DNA of 64,000 nt from Octopus vulgaris. Its lineage: Eukaryota. The translations under genes and the position numbers were made by a program. Positions within the stretch are counted from its first letter, which is position 1, and every line of letters begins with the position of its first letter. Location of the stretch: positions 110,794,001 to 110,858,000 of the forward strand of contig OX597819.1 of the NCBI GenBank assembly GCA_951406725.2, read 5' to 3'. Below, in pieces: positions 52,879 to 64,000 of the stretch. Under the pieces are notes generated by a model. The model did no database searches, had not been told where the DNA came from, and saw only the letters and a list, made by a program, of their open reading frames with translations.

Positions 52879-53651
52879 ATAAATATATATATATATATAC
52901 TTACATATGTACATACAAACGTACATGCATACATTCCATACACACACACAAAATGTGCGCGCGCGTGTATGTACATCAATAAAATCAAAAATTAATTAAT
53001 CATCCCACAACCTCTTCGAGTCCATACACTACTTTTATGATCACCATCTATGCCACCACCACCACCACAACGACAATTACGCTACCACTACTACTATTAC
53101 TACTGCCACCCAAACTCGGACCCTTATCCTTAGAATAACGATTCAGCTGCACTCACCTCTGAACCCAGTGACTGTGAAATTGGAATAAGTCTGTTCTCCA
53201 AGTAGGCCAAGGCGAGATTTGAACTCAGACTGCAAGAAGCAAGAATAAATAGCGCAAGGCATTTCGTTCAATGCGCTATCGATTCCGCCAAATCTAAAAC
53301 ATTTGAAACTAAATCTACAATGCTCACAAAATACACTGGAAGTATTATCAAGACAGTGATATGACGTATGAATATTATCAAGACATTCGCATGCATTATG
53401 GTTGGTTAGTGTTCGGTGTACAAACAACAAACAACAAATGAAATATGCAAATGAGTTCGTAAACAAAGTTGCATGTACTTAATCAACCTTTTAACGATGT
53501 TGTTACAATAGCTCCTGCAGTTAAGCAACAGACATTTCAGCAAGCAAGAAGAATGGTTAAGTTGACTGCTCCACTGATTTCAGTTTTCGTTAAAGCCATA
53601 GTCAGGATTCGCTGAAAGGATTCGCTGACAAGAGTGTTATTTTGTGATACA

Positions 53652-53846
53652 CAGTAATCCCTCGACTATCGCAAATGCTACGTTCCCAAACCACCTCACG
53701 ATACGTGAAAATCCGTAAAGTAAATTATTTTCATAATTTGTATATATATATTTTATTATAAATGCGAAACAACACCACGGAGGAATCGACGTAAGCTTAA
53801 ATAATAAACCGCGATAGGTGAACCGCGATGTGGCAAGGGATTACTA
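53652..53846. mobile_element. pogo/Tigger-type MITE
   Basis: TIRs CAGTAATCCCTCG / CAAGGGATTACTA; TA on the right flank, CA on the left (possibly mutated TA). Confidence 0.7.
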
Positions 53847-54081
53847 TATATGTAAACGTGTTAAAGCTAAGCCCGTGCTTCTTTACATAAAAATGAAAAG
53901 TCGGATGTTGCTTTGATTCTATGGATGATAGATATAAGATTAAATATGTAATCAATGCAATAGGCATATGTTTAAGAAATCGATTTTATGAAAACCATAT
54001 TAGTTTATATTTATAATGAGTGATTTTTAACTTAGTTTCTATCTTATCTTTTTCTTGCCGTCTTTTTAGGAATATGGATTT

Positions 54082-54490
54082 ACTAGGAGGAAAGGATTCC
54101 CAGTTCCCTCGCTCCTGCCCCTTTTAGTCGCCTCTTACGCCACGCAGGGAATATGGTGACTGCATTCTTAGCGATCTCCCCACCTCCAGTCGCAGGGGGT
54201 TTGCTAGTTAACGCATAGCTGGGACCCTTAAAGGTGCTACCACTCTGGACCAGAGAAGACCTAGGAACAATAGTGGCTAAGAGGTGGTTCCACACCCCTC
54301 AAACCCTGAAACCAGGGCCCCAGGGTCCCACTACCGGACGTAGTCTGTAGTCATATCCAGGACTGGGAGTTGCGTTCTAGGCCATGACCCGAACATAGAA
54401 CGGGTCTCGCCTCTTTGAACTGGGAAACGAATGGAATGCCTGATGTGTGTCTTGTGGCTACCCATTCCTAAAAATTAGGGAACAGGCTGT
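54082..54490 (-). mobile_element. GC-rich non-autonomous retroelement-like segment with structured motif
   Basis: Minus strand CCCTGCGTGGCGTAAGAGGCGACTAAAAGGGG resembles a motif recalled from non-LTR (RTE-type) element ends; family assignment is inference. Confidence 0.45.
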
Positions 54491-54491
54491 A

Positions 54492-54830
<339 letters not shown>

Positions 54831-55010
54831 TATATATATATACTGTATATATATTATGTGAAATAGAAAGATGAATAATCTTGTTGCAGATTAATCAAAA
54901 GTTTAACCGATACCTTGGTAGCAAAAATCACAGCAGAAGACAGCACGGTTGGAGGTACAACCATATGGTGTTGCAACCGTGCGTTGGTGCGGATAATTGA
55001 ATTTTAATAT

Positions 55011-55149
55011 TATTATTAGTGAATTGAAGAAATGGAGTTGAACGAAGATTGAACAGAAATCGTTTTATTTCATTTTATTTTATTGAATGAAATAAAACGA
55101 TTTCTGTTCAATCTTCGTTCAACTCCATTTCTTCAATTCACTAATAATA
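55011..55149. repeat. Perfect 64-bp inverted repeat with 11-nt spacer
   Basis: 55011-55074 is the exact reverse complement of 55086-55149. Confidence 0.92.
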
Positions 55150-56424
55150 ATAATAATAATAATATATATATATAATTGTTCAATATCAACAGCCAATGGA
55201 CACGAGGGAGGCCGGTTTATAGCTGAAAGACAACGCTTGATACAAAATAGATTACTCTGATTATAGTACTTGAATGAAAGTATGAAAGGCAAAGTTGACC
55301 TCTGTGGGATTTGAACTGAGAACGTAAAGACGGACCGATTCATAATGCGGAGTATGATCCCTACAGTCGTGTCATATCTTGATAAATTTATATCAGGATT
55401 GAACCTAAAGTCGTTGGGTTAACTTACCTACGTGCTTGCTGTAGGTCTGCTTATACAGGGTTCACCTAGAACTACACGAAATGAGGAGGACGACGATAAC
55501 GACGACAGCCATGAAGACGACGACGACGACCACCACAACCAGCAACTGTACCACTGCCATAACCATTGCCACCACCACCACCACCATCACCACCATCAGC
55601 ACTAAACAACCCGACAGACCTATAACATCACTAACAACAACACCAACCGCCACCCTTATTGCCAACAACTCAAACAGTATAAACACTATTACATCACCCA
55701 CCAACCACCACCACTACCACCACAACCACCCCTCTAAGAAGAATATCAGCAGCTATCCTTAACACTAACAACAAAAGCTGTATCAATATTGTTACCACCA
55801 ACACAGGAGATACCACCACCACCACCGCCACCATTGCTACGATAATCGCCCACTACCGCTACCACCACCACTAACATCAGCAACAATATGCACCACCCTC
55901 AACAGCCACATTTATCATTAACACCACCATCACCACAAGAAGAAGAAGAAGATGATGAAGAAGAGAGCCCAAATGATTTGATGGTACAAGATTGAGGACA
56001 GTACAACTTGACCTTTCACGTAAACGGGGTCACTGTGAAAACAAGGAAATATAGCTCCACTTTGTGAGATTGAGGCTGGTTAATGGTTAGCTGTGTAGGA
56101 GGTAGTGGTAGTAATTATGGAGGTGGTAGCGGTGGTGTGGTGGTAGTGGCGGTGGTAGCAGTGGTAGTTATGGTGGTGGTAGTAGTAGCTGTGGTGATAG
56201 TGGTGATGATGGCGATTGTAGTGGTAGTGGTAGTGTTGTTGTTGTTGTTGATGGTGGTAGTGGTGGTGGCGGCGGTAGTGGAGGTAGTGGTGGTTATGGT
56301 GGTGATGGCATGGATAAGGTTTACGTTAAGGATTCATCATGGCGTTGATGGTAGTACAGTTCGGTTTTAGTCGTCTATTGGTCTGAGTGTGAATGGTGCT
56401 GCTGTAAGGGCTTCAAGAGAGAGG

Positions 56425-56496
<72 letters not shown>

Positions 56497-56582
56497 CAAA
56501 CAGACAGAGACAGAGAGGGAGAAAGAGAAACAGAGGAAGAGAGAGATAGAAAAATAAAAAGAAAGATATATATATATACATA

Positions 56583-56720
56583 TTCTTTTATTCTTTTAAT
56601 GCGGCCATGCTGGAGCACCGCCTTTAGTCGAATGAATCGACCCCAGGACATAAGCCTGTACTATTGGTCTCTATTGCCGAACCGCTACGTTACGGGAACG
56701 TAAAAACACCAATACATACA

Positions 56721-56752
<32 letters not shown>

Positions 56753-56773
56753 CATATACATACATATACATAT

Positions 56774-56853
<80 letters not shown>

Positions 56854-57005
56854 GACGGGTTTCTTTCAGTTTCCCTCTACTAAATTCACTCACAAGGTTT
56901 TGGTCGGCCCGAGGCTATAGCAGAAGACATTTGCCCAAGGTGCTACGCAGTGGGAGTGAAATCCGAACCATAAGGTTGGGAAGCAACGTACTTACCACAC
57001 AGGCA
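56583..57005 (-). mobile_element. SINE family A
   Basis: GCGGCCATGCTGGAGCACCGCC...microsatellite...CGACGGGTTTCTTTCAGTTTCC...CTTACCACAC. Confidence 0.8.
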
Positions 57006-57455
57006 CGGGATGTGGTAAGGATATATATAGTGAGAATTTACAAAAAAAAAAAAAAAAGACGAAGACGGGTATGTAAACAACAGATGTATTAGTAAACGCT
57101 CGGGAAACGAAAAATCTTTTACGTTTCGAGCCTACGCTCTTCAACAGAAAGGAACAGAAATAGACCGGGAGAGAAAATAATAAAAAAAGATGTTCTGTGG
57201 CTAGCGATCTATCATGGCGAATATATATATATATATATATATATATATGCTGCACGGAATGTTGTCAGTGAACAGGTCGCGGTCTCAAAACGATGAAAAT
57301 ATTTTTACAAATTGAATTTAAATGTTGAAATGAATCTAAGAGATTTTTTTATTTTTTAAATGGCTTATAAACACCTTCCACACTGCAATTGTTTTCGTTC
57401 CAGCACACGATCTCAGATCAGGTCATTTGCTAAGCAAGTACACCTCCGTAATATT

Positions 57456-57512
<57 letters not shown>

Positions 57513-57514
57513 AC

Positions 57515-57974
57515 ACGACGGGGTTCCTTCAATTTACGCCTACCAAATCCACACACAGTGGCTTCGTCGGCCTGTAGCTTTAGTTGAAGTCACTTGTTCA
57601 AGGTGTCACTCAGTGCGACTGAACCCGGAACCTTGTGGTTAGGAAGCAAGCTACTTACCGCATAGCTACTTCTGTATAAATCATGTGTTTGTGTGTGTGT
57701 GTGGTTGGGAAGCAAGTTTCTTACCACACAGCCACTCACGATCATCAGACTGTGGGTTCGATTACCAGACCGGTCTGCGCGTTGTGTTCTTGAGCAAAAC
57801 GTCCACTTAGTTGTTAAATGTGTAACACTGCGACGGTCTAGCTTTCCGATCAGAGGGAATGTCGAATCGATCACCTAGCTAGCGGGGTTTTATTAATTCC
57901 AAAGTTAAAATGATGCAAAGCTCACTGTGATGTGCGATGTATAACAACATCCGATAGTCTGGTCAATCTCGTGA
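57515..57974. mobile_element. Family A 5' half (-) joined to a family B3 SINE (+)
   Basis: GACTGAACCCGGAACC; then GGGTTCGATTACCAGACCGG...GTTGTGTTCTTGAGCAAAAC...GATAGTCTGGT. Confidence 0.65.
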
Positions 57975-58380
57975 TCCGTGATTCGTTATTGAATTTTACC
58001 TTACGTCTCCATCGCCGTTGCATTCCGGCAAATAGTTTTTATGTTATTATTATGCAATCACAGACTGACGATTTCGATCTGTCGAAGGTTCCTTTCAGGT
58101 ACTTGATGTTGATAAGACACGAAAATGGCGAAATATCGATATTCACCACTCCTGAATTCGATCGGATGCGAGTTGTCTCACCTGCCTATGACTTCCAAGT
58201 GTTTTAACACCCAGTGTTTTGAGGGAGTCGAGCCTCGAGCGCTATGCTGCAGCGAACTGGCGAACACACAAACAAAACAAATACATTGAGTATGTGCGGG
58301 CTGTAATACATATGTGTGTGTGCATGTGTGTTTGTGTGTGTATACACATACATACATACACACATATATATGTATATATG

Positions 58381-59204
58381 GTTGGCATCCTTTCTGTCTC
58401 GGGAGACAATGGAGTTGCGCATAAAGTAGTCTAGTCCGGCTTTTATATTTCATGTCCTGATACATTTCCTGCTGTGGCTGTGTAGTCCTATCCTGGACAA
58501 ACACTCCCTCTGGCACGTACCGCAAATGTAGCGAAGACTGTTCCTGGCTGGTTGTAATGCCATAGTCGCTTGTTGACGTCTCTTCTTTTCTTTCCATTTC
58601 TCCTCTCTCTCTCTGTCACTCCTTTGTATTCCCTCTTTTACGGTACGTCGCCATTCTCCACGGTTGCCGGCAACTGCCTCCCAACCGCTAATATTGATGT
58701 TGCAGGCCTTCATGTCCCTTTTGCAAGCATCCTTGTAACGTAAGATCGGTCTACCCACAGACCTAGTACTCCTAGCAAGCTCTCCGTAGAATATGTCCTT
58801 GGGGATTCTGCCATCATTCATACGGCTAACATGCCCAAGCCATCTCATACGTCTTTGTGTGAGGAGTGCAAACATGCTTGGTATTCCTGCTTGCCTGAGG
58901 ACATCTTTGTTGGGGATATGATTCTGCCATTTGATGCGGAGGATTTTTCGGAGGCAGCGCAGGTGAAAGATGTTTAGGCGACGCTCTTGGCGTGTGTATA
59001 GCGTCCAGGTCTCACTTCCATACAGTAGAGTGCTGAGTACACATGCCTGGTAGATCTTCATTTTCGTGGTCTTGGTCAGCTTATTGTTGTCCCAAGCCCG
59101 TTTGGAGAGTTGAGCCATCGCAGCAGCTGCCTTGCCAATGCGTATATTGAGCTCAGCGTCAAGGGATAGGTTGTAGGTGACGGTAGAGCCCAGATAGGTA
59201 AACT
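58381..59204 (-). mobile_element. 5'-truncated RTE (BovB-like) LINE between TA-rich tracts
   Basis: Short 3' UTR GCGCAACTCCATTGTCTCCCGAGACAGAAAGGATGCCAAC; ORF described below. Confidence 0.88.
58450..59202 (-). CDS. RTE ORF C-terminal fragment (RT thumb region and zinc finger)
   Basis: FTYLGS, RIGKA, TKMKIYQACVLSTLLYGSETW, RWLGHVSRM, RIPK, GRP, CGTC...SRIGLHSH...C; no stops. Confidence 0.9.
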   Translation of the reverse strand, partial: FTYLGSTVTYNLSLDAELNIRIGKAAAAMAQLSKRAWDNNKLTKTTKMKIYQACVLSTLLYGSETWTLYTRQERRLNIFHLRCLRKILRIKWQNHIPNKDVLRQAGIPSMFALLTQRRMRWLGHVSRMNDGRIPKDIFYGELARSTRSVGRPILRYKDACKRDMKACNINISGWEAVAGNRGEWRRTVKEGIQRSDREREEKWKEKKRRQQATMALQPARNSLRYICGTCQRECLSRIGLHSHSRKCIRT

Positions 59205-59264
59205 TTATATATATATATATATATATATATACTTTATTTAAAAGCAGCAGAAATCTAACAAAAG

Positions 59265-59302
59265 CTGTTACTCAGAGTTTCACGTTCCCGTTCGTCGGAC
59301 AG
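59265..59302 (-). ncRNA. Compact type-I hammerhead variant (U4C)
   Basis: CUGU-CCGACGA-ACG-GGAA-CGU-GAAAC-UCUGA-GUA-ACAG; helix I CUGU/ACAG extends to AACAAAA/UUUUGUU. Confidence 0.7.
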
Positions 59303-59884
59303 TTTTGTTAACAGCTTTTCTTATATTTCTGATGCTTTTAAATAAAGCATTTTACTCTACCTCTTTTTTCCACCTTGTTTCACATTTATGTGCTTACACG
59401 GTATATATATATATACATATATATGTAGATAGATAGATAGATAGAGAGAGAGACAAAATGAGAGAGAAAAAAAGAGAGAGAAAGGAAGGGGAGTAACAGA
59501 CAAACAGACCGACATGCAGACTCGAACATGCAAACGGGTTTATCCTGTGGTTGTAAAATGTTGTTTGGTTGCTCCTTATCCATAGTTTAGGCCTGACCGA
59601 TGATGAAAATCATTCATAATTTTCCCTACTCTGTCTAGGACTAGTTTATCAAGCGAATTCGCCTTACTTAAAAGCGTTTGGGGTGGGGAGCCGGTGGATT
59701 TGAGGGTAGTGTGGCTGCTATTTCAAGAACATGGAACTGTGCAGCGTAGATCTTCAATCAAAATGTGCAAGTTTATGTTTGTCACCGTTTGTATTAAGGG
59801 AGATAGATGGAAAGATAGGAGGAGGAGGAGGAGAAATAAAGACGTGGGGGGGGGGGGGAGGCAGAAAAAGTTATTTGTGTATTT

Positions 59885-59917
<33 letters not shown>

Positions 59918-60080
59918 ATGCATATGTATATATACATATGCTCATACATATACGCATATATATATATATGTGTGTGTGTGTGTGTATAAACATACATATA
60001 TATACATATATATATATATACATATCTATGTATATATGCACATATATATATATATGTGTGTGTATATATTTATTTATATG

Positions 60081-60160
<80 letters not shown>

Positions 60161-60587
60161 TATATACATACATACATATATATATACACACACTTTCACA
60201 TATATATATACAAACATGCATACGTGTGTGTGTTAGAGAATAAGAGAGAGAGAAAGAGAGAGAGAAAGTGCGGGAGAGAGGGGAGAGAAAGTGTGTGAGA
60301 AGAGAGTGTTGAAGGAAGAGGAGATCTAATATGTAGGTAACAGTTTGGTTCCAGTCAACATTTCACACGGATGGCAACAATTAGACTCCAGCAAACCGGA
60401 AATGGCAGTTTTAGTTTTGGGTATCACTGTCACATAACTTCCGGCAGATGACCCACCCACCATTACCACTACCACCAACACCAACTCCTATTCTATCTAG
60501 CTCCTCTACAACAATATATACCACAATACTACCACCCATACTATGTGCCTTTATGTAGGAACAACCATTGCAACAACTACCATTGCA

Positions 60588-60630
<43 letters not shown>

Positions 60631-60969
60631 GCTTTTAACGCCTTCTTAAGCTAATGAGGGAGCATCTGCAATGGAGGTACACAATCATAGGCAAACTGCG
60701 GTCTGTGTGACTTTCTGAATTACTTTGAAGAATTTTAGTAGTGCGGTGCACCTGATGATGAGCCAGGCCTCATGAAGTCCTCATTTCGAAAAAAAAAAGG
60801 TTGCCCAATCTCTGCTAACCTGCTAGAAATAGCAGCTAATTCATCGTAAAATAGCGCTCTATCGTCTTTATTGAAAAGGGTTTGGGGAAATGTCTGAGAC
60901 AGTAATGTGAATTTATTTAGGTGGTAGATATGATATGCCTCCTGGTTGATCACCAACCTACCATATGTT

Positions 60970-61545
60970 TCACGGATGTCATTTATAGAACCTAATGGAA
61001 TGATTCGTTTAATCCTGGTCCCAGATTAACTGCGAGTGTCTTTAGCAGAATCCATTCGGATACGAGCCTTAATTCAGCATCTGAGTTAAGCCTTCTACCC
61101 CGCCACCACCACCACTCTCCCATCTGAACCTCGAGTGACTTCAACAGAACCCTTTATGGGACTAGCCTTAATTCACTACCCGGATTAAGTTCACCTTCTG
61201 TCTGGCCGTCGAGTGTCTAACAATCTATTCAGGATCTAGCCTTAATTTTGCATCTTGATTAACTTCACCTTCCAAATGATCTGCGAGAGTCTAGCAGAAT
61301 CCATTAAGTTCTTAGCTTTAATCTCGCACACGGATTTGATCCACGAGAATTTTAAAAGATCCGTTGGAATAATAGACTTATTCCAGTACCCGGATTAACT
61401 CCATCTTCCATCTGACCCTCGAATGTCTTTAAGAGAATCTATTATGATGCTAACCTTGATCCAACATCTGGATTTTATCCTCGAGTGTCTAACAAATCTA
61501 TTCATGATAGACATAATCCAGCACCCAGCTCAACACCACCCTCTT
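60970..61545. repeat. Degenerate minisatellite, ~8 units of 60-99 bp
   Basis: CGAGTGTCT-like anchors at 61033, 61132, 61210, 61284, 61344, 61420 and 61482. Confidence 0.8.
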
Positions 61546-61697
61546 GCCCAAGGGTTGGGTTATCTTTGACAGAATTCCCCTTTAAAAGTATTTGAGCTTA
61601 CCCTATAGTTTCAGTATAATGCAATTCATAGAATTGTAGTAGGTGTTAGTGATGTAGTAATGGATGTGACAATGATAGTGGTAGTATAACTGGTAAC

Positions 61698-62017
61698 TGG
61701 CATTCCGTCGATTATGACGATCAGTGTTCCAGTTAATCCGATCAACAGAGCATCCTGCTCGTAAAAATCCCCGTGGAAGTGGCTGAGTACTCCACAGAGA
61801 CGCGTACCCTTAATTTAGTTACCAGGAAGTTCAGCGTGACACAGAATGGGGCAAGGCTGGTCCTTTGAAATACAAGTACTACTCATTTTTGCCAGCAGAG
61901 TGGACTGGAGCGACGTGAAATAAAGTGTCTTGCTGAAGAACACAACGCGTCGCCTGGAATCGAATTCACAACCTTACGATCGTGGGCCGACTACCCAATC
62001 CACTAAGCCACGAGCCT
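61698..62017 (-). mobile_element. SINE family B2
   Basis: Colinear with 62812-63134. Confidence 0.85.
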
Positions 62018-62619
62018 AAACGGTATAGTGGTTATGTAGTGGTATTGGTAGAGGTGATAAATAATTGTAGTTTTATGGTTAATGATGTTTTGGTGTAGAT
62101 AATGGTATGGTTGTTAGTGTTAGCGTAGTTGCAGCAATAGAGGTGGTGGTGATGGTGGTGGTGGTGGTGGTGGTAGTGGTGGTGGATGGTAGTGGTGGTG
62201 GTGGTGGTGGTGGTAGTGGTAGTGGTTGGTGGTGGTGGTGGTGGTGGTGGTGGTATTGGTGGTGCTGGGGATGGTGGCGCTGGGGATGGTGGTAGAACTA
62301 CTACTGCCACCTACGCAATGAACGCTATCATCACCGCAGCCGCCACCGCCACCACCACTATCACAGACATCGCCGCCACAGCCGTCACCACCATCACATC
62401 CATCACTACCACAGCCATCACCACCATCACGTAACCACCATCTGCATCTCTATCTTCACCCAGCATCACCACCACTACCACCACCACTTCCTAGATCACA
62501 TTTGTTCATTCATGTTGGCTGACATTTTAAGTAATTACAATAGCAACAGTTATTATTGTTGATGTTGTTGTTGTTCTTACTGTTTTTGTTGTCATTATCG
62601 TTTACTGATATTATACAGT

Positions 62620-62755
62620 GTATAGAGTGTCTTAGTTATATACATAATAAACTGACCTGCTTATACACTATAGACTGACCTGGTTGTATACACTCTCTAC
62701 TGACCTGCTTATAAAGTATATCCGGACCTGGCTATATACGCATTACGCAGATCTG

Positions 62756-62760
<5 letters not shown>
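62620..62760. repeat. Short degenerate tandem repeat (~22-26-bp unit ACTGACCTGCTTATACACTATAG)
   Basis: About five copies by direct reading. Confidence 0.65.
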
Positions 62761-62809
<49 letters not shown>

Positions 62810-62811
62810 GG

Positions 62812-63134
62812 AGCACTCCGTCGGTTACGACGGTGAGGGTCCCAGCTGATACGATCAACGGAACAGCTTGCTCGCGAAATTAACGTGCAAGTGGCTGAGC
62901 ACTCCACAGACACGTGTGCCCTCAACGTAGTTCGTAAGGAGATTCAGCGTGACACAGAGTGTGACAAGTATGGCCCTTTTGAAATACAGGTACTACTCAT
63001 TTTTGCCAGCTGAGTGGACTGGAGCAATATGAAATGAAGTGTCTTGCTCAAGGACACAACGCGTCGCCGGGAATCGAACACACAAACTTACGATCATGAG
63101 CTGAATGCCCTATCCACTAAGCCACGCGCCCTCA
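62812..63134 (-). mobile_element. SINE family B2, well preserved
   Basis: Minus-strand head GGGCGCGTGGCTTAGTGGATAGGGCATTC...GTTCGATTCCCGG. Confidence 0.88.
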
Positions 63135-63529
63135 TACATACACAGTAAACAGCTGCATTTATACACAATATAGTGACATGGTTACAAACTACATAATCGT
63201 CTAGTTATACATATAATATGATATAGCTGCATACTATATTTATTGATCTTCTTACATACACTTGCTATACGGAGGTAACTGTATACTATATAAACCAAAT
63301 TTACTGAAAACGAAAGACGAAAACAGGCGAGGGAACAACAAGCAGGTATATTTGGCGCTCAGGAAGACTGGAAAAGTCGTTGACGTTTCGAGCCAACGCT
63401 CTTCGACAGAAAGGGTTGCGAGGGGGAAAAATGGAGAGAACGAAACAAAAAACGGAGAAAGAAAAAAATGTGTAGGGATTAAAGGTTTAACATGATGAAA
63501 CTATGCTTTATGTATATAACTTAGATAAC

Positions 63530-63890
63530 TTAGGTTGGTTTCGGCCACTGACGGCCCAGGCCATAACTAACTCAATAGCACCACCTGGAAAAGTCTTTTA
63601 ATTAATTATTTGGGGACACCATGGACCATTCAGTTAGAGAGTTGTTGACTGAGACGTATCCAGGTGTAGGTGATTTATCCGGTATTTCTTAAAGGAATTT
63701 GTCCAGGTACCGTTCTAAAAGTTGTGGGCTTTTTTTCTACTTTAATTTCTTTCGGGATAACAGTGAAAAGGGCAGAACCATTTGCAGTGAAGAAATTGTG
63801 TCTCAATGTTCTTGTGTGATGTGATCTCGACCTTTGTAGGCGACGCATTGCACTTGGGCCTAGTCTTGGGGTGAATTGTAAACATAATAC
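63530..63890 (-). pseudogene. CR1-group LINE 3' fragment
   Basis: Minus strand [37 protein letters not shown]; conserved 3' UTR CCAGGTGGTGCTATT. Confidence 0.82.
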
Positions 63891-64000
63891 TATATAAAAA
63901 GATCAGAGGTTCTTCCTGAGCTATAGGTTCATATGGCCTGTTTCCCTGGTTCAGTGCAGTATATATTCATCAGACACCTGGATGGGACGCCAGTCTGTCG

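Noticed and set aside
57932-58207. 91-aa ORF over the paralogous island
   Set aside because: Starts within a SINE tail; the paralog has a stop and indels, and substitutions are not third-position biased.
60751-60785. CTGATGA-TGAG-CCAGGC-CTCA-TGAAG hammerhead-like motif
   Set aside because: GAAA is replaced by TGAAG and no helix I or III pairing is evident.

Overview
Eukaryotic, AT-rich, extremely microsatellite-dense DNA. The repeat families look like those of an octopus/coleoid cephalopod genome, which is an inference from repeat recognition. No host protein-coding gene can be confidently called; almost all listed ORFs are translations of (TA)n, (CA)n, (TATG)n, (GATA)n or trinucleotide repeats. 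The only real coding sequences are retrotransposon ORF2 fragments: an uninterrupted Tx1/L1-type RT, five CR1-group fragments and one RTE/BovB-type fragment. The window also holds dozens of tRNA-derived SINEs from about four families, a non-autonomous Helitron, a Helentron-type (HINE) element, and hAT, pogo/Tigger and foldback MITEs. Most notable: (1) about ten type-I hammerhead ribozyme folds, several with unusual cores, mostly in small inverted-repeat elements with a Penelope-like pseudo-LTR layout; (2) a Tx1 LINE whose two copies both abut (GATA)n arrays, suggesting a GATA-microsatellite-specific family; (3) a diverged pair of ~300-bp non-coding islands 36.8 kb apart that keep a similar hairpin; (4) a pseudoknot-forming motif in a GC-rich retroelement-like segment. 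All folds and alignments were done by eye, and repeat boundaries are approximate unless termini or TSDs are quoted.
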